Origin: a virus | Lineage: Duplodnaviria; Caudoviricetes | Virus record (IMG/VR): IMGVR_UViG_3300033485_000061 | Coordinates: 1 to 30,782 of that record | Reading direction: 5' to 3' (one strand) | Length of the DNA: 30,782 nucleotides | Part shown: one piece after another, positions 16,091-24,577 of the stretch | How the letters are laid out: each line of letters starts with the position of its first letter | Numbering within the stretch: position 1 is the first letter of the stretch | The notes under the pieces: model-generated | Seen by the model: only the letters and a program-made list of their open reading frames with translations | Told to the model about the DNA's origin: nothing | The model's database searches: none | Position numbers and translations under genes: made by a program

Positions 16091-18496
16091 ATGAGTTGGC
16101 TCGATGACATCCTGGGCATTGCCGAGAGCGTCGGCTACGCGGTGGACACGCCGCGGGCGCTGGCCTACGGTCTGCTGGCGGGGCGCCCGGGCGAGCGTGT
16201 GGGCGGCCGGGAGTTGTTGGAGCAGTACGGGCTGGTTGGGGCGAACATTCCGAACCAGTTGGACTGGGGAGACGTGGCCGGGTTCGGGCTGGAGACGATT
16301 GCCGATCCGGCCGACTGGCTTGGGGCCGGGCTGCTGGGGTGGCTGGGGATGGGTCGCAAGGCGGCCAAGGCGGCCGGCTTGGCCGAGGACGTTATTCCCG
16401 AGGTTCGTGCCGCGTCGCGGGCGCTGGTGCCGGTGGGTGAAGTCGTGGGTGGGCCGCGGTTGCCGAACGTCTGGGAGATCAATCCGCGTAATCTGCTGAG
16501 CAACGCGGACGTGCGACCTTATCGGAATCCGCTCAACCCGCCGCTGGTGGCCCCGGTGGATTGGTCGGAGGCCGAGCTTCATGCGGCGAGCCTGGCAAAC
16601 CGCGCATCCCAGACGCTTTCGCCTATTGTTGCGAACCCACCCGTGGGCTCGTGGCTAGCTGATGACATGACGGGTGAGTTGAGTCAGCTTCGGCGCATGC
16701 CCATCTCGGAACTTGAGTTTCCCGAGGGGGTTCCCCGGAACTACACCGTCGAGCAATATGCGGACTGGCTGCGTCAAGGTAGGCAGCCGCCGCCGATTAC
16801 GGCCGCTGAAATGCCCAGTGGTGCCAACCGGGTTTACGAAGGGCACCACCGGGCGGCCGCGGCAACGCAGGCGGGGCAGCAAGACATTTTGACGTGGCTG
16901 AGTCCGGGGAATCCTGGCGATCCACTCCACGGGCTGACTTACGATGCGGCGATTCGCCAGGCGATAGCGGCCGGGAAAGACGTGCCACAGGAGGCGATTG
17001 CCAAGGCCAGGGCCCTGGAAATTCTACGGGAAGCCAAGGAGGCGTCGAACCAAGCACGCTTGAAGGCTTCGCGGCCAGGGGCTATTCCTCTTCCTGGCCC
17101 TGCGCCCCGCGCGCTGGCGGCGCCGACGCCGCCGTTTCACTCTCGGCTGGAGAAGGCGGTGGGCGGGCTCCAGGGGCAGAAGTTCAAGGCCGAGTCGCTA
17201 CAGAATCAGCTTCGCAAGGCCCCGGAGGGAGTTGCGCAGGAGGAGATGGATTGGGTGCTCGGCGGGTTGCCGAAGAAGGGCATTGTGTCACGCGAAGACC
17301 TTTTGCGGCATGTGGACGAGAATCAGATACGTGTCGAAGAGACGCTGTATGGCAGGCACGGCAATCCAGAGGCACACCCCTTGGTCGCAGAGGCAAGACA
17401 GCTTGCGTTAGATAATGGGGCCGAGCCTGGTACAGATATATGGAACGAGGCCATCGCCTCCGCTATTCGTGAGGCTGGGCTAGACACATCGAAGTACGGC
17501 GGCTACGCCACGCCGGGCGGCGAGAACTACCGGGAGTTGCTGCTGAAGCTGCCGGTTCGCACACCGGACCGAACAGGTTATGAGGAATTGAAGCGGATTG
17601 GCCGCACCTACGGGACTGACTCCGAAGAGTATCGCGTTACAGCCGGTAGATGGCGTGGGGATGTTGAAAACCTCCCGGACCCATACCGCTCCTCCCATTG
17701 GCCCGACGACCCGAACGTCCTGGCCCATGTCCGATTCGACGAGCGGGTTGCCCCGGACGGGACCAAGACGCTGTTCGTCCAGGAGATCCAGAGCGACTGG
17801 CATCAGGCAGGGGCGAAGGAAGGGTACCAGCCCACGGCGGCGCAGATTGCAGAATCCCAAGAGCAACTGAAAACCGTCCTTGCCCGAAAGCAACAACTTA
17901 ACGCCGAACTGGAGGCTTTGGCAGAGGAAATGCCAAGACGACCTTCGCCGCAAGCCGACAATCGTGAGTTTACGGAGTGGCTCCAACACCTGAAGAAAAA
18001 TTACTACTCACGCCCGGAATGGCAAAGCAGAATAGCCGAATCACAGCAACTTGACAAAAAACAAGTGCAGTTGGGACGAATCCTGTCAAGGCGAGACGAT
18101 CTGGTCCCCAACGCCCCATTCAAGGACAACAAGTGGGCCGAGTTGTCGCTGAAGCGGATGCTGAAGTGGGCCACCGACAACGGCTTCGACCGGATCGCGT
18201 GGAACGACGGCTATCTTGCGGCCCAGTATGCCGGCGGTGGAGCCGTCGAGAAAGCCGGCGCGTTGTCGAAGTGGTACGACGAGACGTTGGTCAACATGAT
18301 GAACAAGCTCATCGGCAAAGAGGGCGGCAAGTTCGACCCGCTGCCGATCGTAGTCGAGGGTAAGGAGCACATCGTTCCGTCTTTCCTGATCCCGCAGAAG
18401 ACCAAGAAACGAATCTCCAGCAAGGGGCAGCCGCTTCTCTCCATGCTACCCTTTGCCTTTGGCGCGGGCGCCGCGACCGCAGAGGCCAACCAGTAA
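16091..18496 (+). CDS. Multidomain (polyvalent) putative internal virion protein, 801 aa: shared N-terminal domain + ParB/Srx-like domain + EIQSDWHQ domain
   Basis: The N-terminus is paralogous to that of the 25814 protein. ParB-like PPPI...EGHHRAAAA. GGENYRELLL...SHW...NVLAHVRF...LFVQEIQSDWHQ...APF...W.EL.LKR is a domain I recognise from large phage internal proteins. Confidence 0.7.
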   Translation: MSWLDDILGIAESVGYAVDTPRALAYGLLAGRPGERVGGRELLEQYGLVGANIPNQLDWGDVAGFGLETIADPADWLGAGLLGWLGMGRKAAKAAGLAEDVIPEVRAASRALVPVGEVVGGPRLPNVWEINPRNLLSNADVRPYRNPLNPPLVAPVDWSEAELHAASLANRASQTLSPIVANPPVGSWLADDMTGELSQLRRMPISELEFPEGVPRNYTVEQYADWLRQGRQPPPITAAEMPSGANRVYEGHHRAAAATQAGQQDILTWLSPGNPGDPLHGLTYDAAIRQAIAAGKDVPQEAIAKARALEILREAKEASNQARLKASRPGAIPLPGPAPRALAAPTPPFHSRLEKAVGGLQGQKFKAESLQNQLRKAPEGVAQEEMDWVLGGLPKKGIVSREDLLRHVDENQIRVEETLYGRHGNPEAHPLVAEARQLALDNGAEPGTDIWNEAIASAIREAGLDTSKYGGYATPGGENYRELLLKLPVRTPDRTGYEELKRIGRTYGTDSEEYRVTAGRWRGDVENLPDPYRSSHWPDDPNVLAHVRFDERVAPDGTKTLFVQEIQSDWHQAGAKEGYQPTAAQIAESQEQLKTVLARKQQLNAELEALAEEMPRRPSPQADNREFTEWLQHLKKNYYSRPEWQSRIAESQQLDKKQVQLGRILSRRDDLVPNAPFKDNKWAELSLKRMLKWATDNGFDRIAWNDGYLAAQYAGGGAVEKAGALSKWYDETLVNMMNKLIGKEGGKFDPLPIVVEGKEHIVPSFLIPQKTKKRISSKGQPLLSMLPFAFGAGAATAEANQ

Positions 18497-18497
18497 G

Positions 18498-21140
18498 ATG
18501 TTCCCCAAGCTCTTAGGCCGACTGACAGAAGCCCTCCGGGGCGGCCCGGTGGAGCTTGGCCATGCGCTGGGCAAGAACGAGCAGTTGCTACAGAGCAACA
18601 CGTTGCTGGACCTGACCGGCCGGATCGAGTCGCGGGACCGTGGGTACTCGGGCCACGCCGGGGCGGCGAACCTCATGCCGGTGCCGCCGGTCGCCCCGCC
18701 AAACATCACGCGGGCCGTAGCTCGGTTCTCCAACCCGCCGCAAGGCGACTCGGACTGGCGGGGCGAAAACGGCTACGCCGTGCATGTTCCCGAGGGCGTT
18801 TCCCGATTCGACGGCCCGCTCTGGGGCTTGCACTACGCCAAGGTCGATTCGGTAACGAGCGTGACCTACGGGCGCACGGAGCAGATGCACACCGGCGCCA
18901 CGTCGAAAATCTGGTGCGGGGACGGGTACGCCTGCGGGGACATGCGTGGGGCGGATGTCTCTTCGACGCCTATTCGGGTGTTCTTTCCGGGAGGCAGACC
19001 CAGCGACGGCGACCTGCCGTTCGTGATCGGCTACAACACGGACCTCCACGGGCTGCATGTGGCTATCCGGCCGGCCATGGACGAGGCCGAGAACCAGTTG
19101 CGGTGGTGGAAGGCCACAAGCTCCTGGACGTGGAATGGCGGGACATCGACGCACGCCTACGCCGTGGGCAGTGAAGTTGCCGACATGGACGGCACATCGC
19201 CGATTGCCACCACGAGCCGCGTCTATTTGACCCCGACGGCCGCCCAGGACCCGAACATCCAGACGGGCGACGTGATCGGCTATAGCCTGGACTTGTCGGG
19301 CAACCGCGTTGCCGTGTGCGGAGGGTACGACGACAAGATCGGCAGCATCAAACTGTGGGGCAAGACGGCCGAGACGATTCCCGGCGGTTGGGAGGAGTGG
19401 ACCGATCCGGCCGGCCGGTTCCTTGTCGGGCGCAAGGTGGGCGACGACGACTACGGCGCGATCGGGGCCGAGGGCGGGAGCCACCCGATTCGTCCGCAAG
19501 CGCACTCGCGCGGCGAGGGCAGCAGCACTTCGCAGACCTACGGCGACCACGGCTGGCGGGAGACGGCCTGGGACCTGAGCACGCTAACCAGCGCGACGTT
19601 GACGAGCACGACGGGGATCACGGTCAATAGCACGACCCAGCAGTTCCGATGCCACACGGCAACGCTGACGACCCAGACGTTCACGTTCAGCCTGACGATC
19701 CAGGCGTACACGGGCCAGACGGCCACGAGCGCGTTGACGCTGGCAGACTACACGGGCGACACGGCCGACGCCAGCCTTGCGCTCAGCGGAAGCGTCGCTG
19801 TTGACTCGACCTCGTTGACGCTGGGCGGCACGGTCGATGTCGCAGACGCGAGCCTGGCCCTCACGGGTACGCTGTCGGTGGACAACCGCGTGGTAACGGT
19901 CACGGGCAACGTGACGGTTGCGGCGACGGCCTTGGTGATTTCTGGCAGCGTGACCGTGAACGAAACGGAGTTGGCGGTCACGGGCAGCGTGGACTTGTCG
20001 AGCGTCGTTATCGACCTGAGCGGTGACATCACGGTCAGCACGACGAGCCAGACGATCCAGGGCGGATTCACGGTCGCGGCAGAGGCGTTGACCATTACCG
20101 GGGGGGCCACGGCCGAGACACAATCGTTGACGTTCTCCGGCTCGGTGGACGTGGACCAGACCGCGCCAGCCATCGTGTGCGATGCGACGATTCACACGGC
20201 GGAAACGGCGGTGACGGTCGCCGGGCACGCGATTAGTTGGAACCGCGACCAGATTGTCACGAATATCGACGGGACGTGCCATTCGACCTGCTCGATCCAT
20301 GCTCACATGGGGTGGTCGGAGTATTCTCCTGAAGACTTCGATGGGGCATCGGGACCAGGTGGGACAATAACACCCCACACCGTCAACGACCCGGGCCACA
20401 GCCACACGGCCGACGTTTCGGTCACGGGTCAGACCCACACCCACAGCGCCTCGGTCGATGGCAGCGTCAGCCCGAACCCGCACAGCCACACCATCAGCGA
20501 CACCTTCGCGGTCTCGCCGGGTTCGCACGACCACGACCTGACCGGCAGCGTCTACCTCAACGACCACGGGCATCAGGTGGTCAACACGCTGAGCCTGTCG
20601 GTGACAAGCCACGAGCACACGGCATCGCTGAGCCTGTACGTCTCGCCGGCATCCCACGGCCACAGCGCGAGCGATGACTTCGCTGTCTCGCCCGGCTCGC
20701 ACGGCCACGGCGCCTCACATAGCCTGCTGGCCAGCCACGCCCACACCCTGACCAATACGCTGGGCATCCCGGACCACGACCACGACGCGACGCTCTCGCC
20801 GACGGTGACGCCGAACCCGCACGGGCACACGGTCACGAACACGCTGAGCCTGCCGGACCACCACCACGACGCGGACCATGGGCACGACCTGACGCCGAAC
20901 CCGCACGACCACGACGCGACGCACACCCACGCGGCCACGGGCACGAGCGAGGTCACGATCAACCTGTCCCACACCCACGTGATCGACGACAACAGCCACG
21001 GCCATGGAATCACTGACCCAGGCCACCTCCACACGTCGCCCAGCGTGGCTGTGACCGGGTATCTGTATCACCGGGAGGAGGACTTCCGGCCGCCATGGCG
21101 GACCGTGTTGCTGATCCAACGCATCGGACCAAATCACTGA
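18498..21140 (+). CDS. Tail fibre with collar domain and long His-rich (HxH) needle, 880 aa
   Basis: ATG 18498 follows the previous stop. Collar motif IGSIKLW...IPGGW...GRFLVG...GAEGG closes with RPPWRTVLLIQRI. 19 HxH motifs were counted. Confidence 0.75.
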   Translation: MFPKLLGRLTEALRGGPVELGHALGKNEQLLQSNTLLDLTGRIESRDRGYSGHAGAANLMPVPPVAPPNITRAVARFSNPPQGDSDWRGENGYAVHVPEGVSRFDGPLWGLHYAKVDSVTSVTYGRTEQMHTGATSKIWCGDGYACGDMRGADVSSTPIRVFFPGGRPSDGDLPFVIGYNTDLHGLHVAIRPAMDEAENQLRWWKATSSWTWNGGTSTHAYAVGSEVADMDGTSPIATTSRVYLTPTAAQDPNIQTGDVIGYSLDLSGNRVAVCGGYDDKIGSIKLWGKTAETIPGGWEEWTDPAGRFLVGRKVGDDDYGAIGAEGGSHPIRPQAHSRGEGSSTSQTYGDHGWRETAWDLSTLTSATLTSTTGITVNSTTQQFRCHTATLTTQTFTFSLTIQAYTGQTATSALTLADYTGDTADASLALSGSVAVDSTSLTLGGTVDVADASLALTGTLSVDNRVVTVTGNVTVAATALVISGSVTVNETELAVTGSVDLSSVVIDLSGDITVSTTSQTIQGGFTVAAEALTITGGATAETQSLTFSGSVDVDQTAPAIVCDATIHTAETAVTVAGHAISWNRDQIVTNIDGTCHSTCSIHAHMGWSEYSPEDFDGASGPGGTITPHTVNDPGHSHTADVSVTGQTHTHSASVDGSVSPNPHSHTISDTFAVSPGSHDHDLTGSVYLNDHGHQVVNTLSLSVTSHEHTASLSLYVSPASHGHSASDDFAVSPGSHGHGASHSLLASHAHTLTNTLGIPDHDHDATLSPTVTPNPHGHTVTNTLSLPDHHHDADHGHDLTPNPHDHDATHTHAATGTSEVTINLSHTHVIDDNSHGHGITDPGHLHTSPSVAVTGYLYHREEDFRPPWRTVLLIQRIGPNH

Positions 21141-21168
21141 CGAGTGTTTCACGCAAGAGGAGATAGTT

Positions 21169-21744
21169 ATGGTCGGAGCCGAATACGCACCCAGGCCAGC
21201 GCCACCGTATCCCGAGGGGTACGTTCAACCCCCGTACATGCAAGTGCCCGGGGTGCCGTCGTCGGCCTACCCGCCGGCGATCTATCCCAGGCAGACGGCG
21301 ACGGGGATCACCATGTCGTCGAATCCAGGGCCCGTGAACTGGGGTCAGGGCATGGGCGGCCAGGCGAATGGGCTCCAGGCGTTCCTGGCCCAACTAATGA
21401 GCCAGCTACGGCCACAGGGGCAGACGCACGCGAATCCGAACTACGTGGGTCGGCCTGGCAGGCAGGGCGCTATGCAGACCGGCGCCCAGATGGGCGGACA
21501 ACAGGTCCCGAGAATCAGCGGGGGTGCTGTTGGGCAGCCGCCTGCGCCGTACACCACGCCCATGGTCCAACAGGGTGGCGAGTTCGTGCCCGCGACGCCT
21601 CGACCGCAGGTGCCACGGATTCCGGGCACCTATGGTGGTCAAAACCTGCGTGACAACCTCTGGCGACCGGGCCAAATCGTCCAGGCCCAGAACGCCCCTT
21701 CTTTTCCAACCAACAGACTCTACCCCTTGGTGCAGGCATGGTAG
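21169..21744 (+). CDS. Pro/Gln/Gly-rich low-complexity protein, putative internal virion protein
   Basis: GAGGAG RBS, composition, and position between fibre and ejection genes. Confidence 0.6.
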   Translation: MVGAEYAPRPAPPYPEGYVQPPYMQVPGVPSSAYPPAIYPRQTATGITMSSNPGPVNWGQGMGGQANGLQAFLAQLMSQLRPQGQTHANPNYVGRPGRQGAMQTGAQMGGQQVPRISGGAVGQPPAPYTTPMVQQGGEFVPATPRPQVPRIPGTYGGQNLRDNLWRPGQIVQAQNAPSFPTNRLYPLVQAW

Positions 21745-23132
21745 CACAACTACAGAACACCTGGCCCACGTGGGACCAGTACAATAATACGTGGGCGCCG
21801 AACTGGCCGGACCTCAACGGCGGGGTCGGAGGCCAGCCGTGGCCCACGTTCCCGCTCAGCCAGCCGGGGCAAGGCGGCTCGACCAGCCCGGACATGCCAT
21901 GGGGAAACGGTCAGTCGGCCTACGACTGGCGGCAGAACCGCAGGCGGCAGAATCAGGGGGGCTTGGGCGGGATCGGCGGATGGAACGACTCTGGCTGGAC
22001 CCAGATCAATGATGTCGGGCCACGAACGGCCGGCATCCAGGGCGCCAACACCGCGGCCGACCTGATGGCCAGCATCTACGGCTCCAACGCCGGGATGCAA
22101 AATGCCTTCCAGGCGGCCGACGCCAACCGCTACGGCTCGGAACTCGACCTCCAGGCCGTCTTGGCATCGCTGCCTTGGCAGTACGCCAACACCGTGCAGC
22201 AGACGGTGCCTGCGGCCCAGGCCAATATGTACGGGTCGGCCCTCGACTGGGACGCGGCCCGATACGGGGCCAACGCCGGGATGCTCGGGCAGCTTGGCGC
22301 GGCCGGCATGGGGGCCGGGGCCAATATGTACGGCTCCTACATGGGCAATGACGCGGCCCGGTACACGGCACAGCAAAACACTCTGGCAGACATCCTCTCG
22401 TCGATGATCCAGGGCAATGCCTCGAACCAGAACGCCTACATGGGCATGGTGGGCAACGTCCTGCCTGGCTACTGGGGTGCGTCGGCCAATATGTACGGCT
22501 CGCAGCAGCAGGCGGACGCAGCCCGCGACGTGGCCATGCAACAGGCCATGGCTAGCATGTACGGCTCTCAGATGGGCGCAGGGGCGCAACTCGGATCAGC
22601 CGGGCTGGCGGCCGAGGCAAGCCGCTACGGCTCGCTCCAGGACGCCATGGCCAATATGTTCGCGGCACAACAGGGCGCCCAGGCCCAACTGGGCTCCTCG
22701 CAACTCGGCTCCGAGGCCCAACGCTTTGGCGCCCAGACCGAGGCCCAGGCAGCCCGCGACGTGGCCGCTCGCCAGGCCCAGGCGTCAATGTACGGCGCTG
22801 GACAGGCGGCGGGGGCCTCGCGGTACGGTTCGGAACAGCAACTTGCGGCGGCCCAGGCCCAGGCAGCGGCCGACCGCTACGCAGCCGAGCAGCAGCTTGC
22901 CGCTGCCCAAGCAGCAGCCCAGGCGAGCATGATGGGGGCCTACTTCCCGGCCCAGGCCGGAATCCGACAGTCCGAGATCGAGACGGCCGCACGCCAGCAA
23001 TTGCTCAACACGGAACTGGCCAACCGGCAGCAGGGGCTTCAGGCTATCCTGGCGGCCCTCGGCCCCATGTTCGCTGGCCGACAGCCGACCGTTCCGACGT
23101 ACACCACCAACTACGGGGCCGGGGTCGGCTAG
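21738..23132 (+). CDS. Putative DNA ejection/pilot protein with 11-residue Ala/Gln repeats, 464 aa
   Basis: Repeated A(N/S)(M/R)YG(S/A) motifs at 11-aa spacing. Ala/Gln/Gly-rich helical composition. Confidence 0.65.
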   Translation: MVAQLQNTWPTWDQYNNTWAPNWPDLNGGVGGQPWPTFPLSQPGQGGSTSPDMPWGNGQSAYDWRQNRRRQNQGGLGGIGGWNDSGWTQINDVGPRTAGIQGANTAADLMASIYGSNAGMQNAFQAADANRYGSELDLQAVLASLPWQYANTVQQTVPAAQANMYGSALDWDAARYGANAGMLGQLGAAGMGAGANMYGSYMGNDAARYTAQQNTLADILSSMIQGNASNQNAYMGMVGNVLPGYWGASANMYGSQQQADAARDVAMQQAMASMYGSQMGAGAQLGSAGLAAEASRYGSLQDAMANMFAAQQGAQAQLGSSQLGSEAQRFGAQTEAQAARDVAARQAQASMYGAGQAAGASRYGSEQQLAAAQAQAAADRYAAEQQLAAAQAAAQASMMGAYFPAQAGIRQSEIETAARQQLLNTELANRQQGLQAILAALGPMFAGRQPTVPTYTTNYGAGVG

Positions 23133-23143
23133 AAGGAGATACC

Positions 23144-23911
23144 ATGCCCAGTTCATTTTTCCAGAGTCGGCGAAACCCGTTTGCCCCACAACCGGGCACG
23201 GGCAACGATCAGTACACGACCACGAGCCCACAGGGTCGGGCACCGGCCGCGTGGCAACTGGCCGGAAACTACGGCGGCGGGGGGGGAGGTGGCGGTGGTG
23301 GCGGCATGGCGGGTGCAGGCTCCATGACGCCACCACTGGCCGCCTGGGGCGAGCCTCCGCTGTACTCGCAGGCCATGGGGCTTGCCCGCAATCCCGTCTT
23401 GCCCAACTTCCCCATGCCACAGCTTGGCGGGATGCCGCAGATGCCGGACATCGGCCCGGCGTGGCAGCCGCCCACGGGGCCGTCGCCCGGAGACGCGGGC
23501 GGTGGGCTCGCGGCACAGCTACAGGCCCTCATCCAGGCCATGCAGGGTGGCGCAGGAGGCCCGCAGAACGTCACCACGGGCATTGGGCAGCCGAACATCC
23601 CGGCTATGCCGCAGGCCCAGGCGCCCGCCGTGCAGCCGTGGATGGGGCCGGCGAGCAACGGTTACGGGGCTAATATCGGTGTCCAGATGGCCCCGCTGCT
23701 CGATGCGGCCCAACGCAACTGGTATCAGGGGGCGTCGGGCATCCAGGACGCCTACCAGCAGGCCCTTGGCACTGCCGGACTCGGATGGGGTGAACTGGGC
23801 AGCCAGACCCAACGCACGGCGGCACAACTGCCCATCATGGAACAGGCGAACCTCCTGTCGTTTCTCCAGGCCCTCTACCGACCGCAGATCAGCCAAGGGA
23901 TATTCGGGTAG
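23144..23911 (+). CDS. Gly/Pro/Gln-rich putative ejection protein, 255 aa
   Basis: AAGGAG RBS. The C-terminal motif is shared with the next gene. Confidence 0.6.
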   Translation: MPSSFFQSRRNPFAPQPGTGNDQYTTTSPQGRAPAAWQLAGNYGGGGGGGGGGGMAGAGSMTPPLAAWGEPPLYSQAMGLARNPVLPNFPMPQLGGMPQMPDIGPAWQPPTGPSPGDAGGGLAAQLQALIQAMQGGAGGPQNVTTGIGQPNIPAMPQAQAPAVQPWMGPASNGYGANIGVQMAPLLDAAQRNWYQGASGIQDAYQQALGTAGLGWGELGSQTQRTAAQLPIMEQANLLSFLQALYRPQISQGIFG

Positions 23912-23914
23912 GGA

Positions 23915-23963
23915 CGCGAAGGCTGTCATTAAAATCTCTCGCAAAGGCACAAAGACGCGGAGA
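23915..23963 (+). repeat. Intergenic octamers (CGCGAAGG; CGCAAAGG CACAAAGA CGCGGAGA)
   Basis: Read directly: a single unit at 23915-23922 and a triplet at 23940-23963, upstream of ATG 23979. Confidence 0.7.
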
Positions 23964-23978
23964 GTGTAAGGGAAAATC

Positions 23979-24575
23979 ATGTTTGATCCAAACCAGTTCA
24001 ACCCGGCACAGTTCACCGGCCCGGTCGGCTGGGACGATCGGGGCCGGACCTACCGAAACTACAACACCGGCTACGGCTCGATCCCGCTCAGGCAGCCCGC
24101 GCCAGCCGCGCCGGGCGGGTGGCCGGCACCGACCCCAGCGGCCAGCGCCCCCAACCCGTCGGCAACGCCGACCCCGAATATCCGCACGTCGATCCAGCCG
24201 CAGGGCGTCTGGCCCAACGCCTTTGTCCAGCAGTCGGCCAATCTGGCCGGCGCCATGCCCGTGCCCACCCAGTACGACGTGTGGCGGCAGGCGGCCCGGC
24301 CCGGCGTCTCCGTCAACTCGCCCATGACCCAGTGGAACATGGGCGCCAACGCCGCACGAGGGCTCGCCCAGGCGGCCGTGGCACGCCCAGCAACGATGGC
24401 CAACTACGGGATGCAGAACACCCAGCAACTCCTGGCCGGCCAGGCGGCCCGCGAGCAGGAGGCCCTGGGCTGGGGAAACCTGGCCGCCGACCAAACGGCC
24501 TGGCAGCAGCAAGCCGCCGGCCAGCAACAACGAAACCTCTTGGACTTCCTGGCGACCCTCTATAGGTGGTACTAA
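23979..24575 (+). CDS. Pro/Gln/Ala-rich putative ejection protein, 198 aa
   Basis: AAGGG before the ATG. The C-terminal motif is paralogous to that of the previous gene. Confidence 0.6.
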   Translation: MFDPNQFNPAQFTGPVGWDDRGRTYRNYNTGYGSIPLRQPAPAAPGGWPAPTPAASAPNPSATPTPNIRTSIQPQGVWPNAFVQQSANLAGAMPVPTQYDVWRQAARPGVSVNSPMTQWNMGANAARGLAQAAVARPATMANYGMQNTQQLLAGQAAREQEALGWGNLAADQTAWQQQAAGQQQRNLLDFLATLYRWY

Positions 24576-24577
24576 TC

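Noticed and set aside
18498-21140. Diversity-generating retroelement target in the fibre genes
   Set aside because: No reverse transcriptase and no template/variable repeat pair differing at adenines was seen in this window.
23272-23305. G-rich run as a G-quadruplex or phase-variable tract
   Set aside because: Explained by a poly-Gly coding stretch with mixed codons, and the frame is intact.
626-23963. Octamer arrays as a CRISPR array or insertion-sequence ends
   Set aside because: Units are only 8 bp, directly abutting and dispersed between genes. There are no spacers, cas genes, transposase or terminal inverted repeats.
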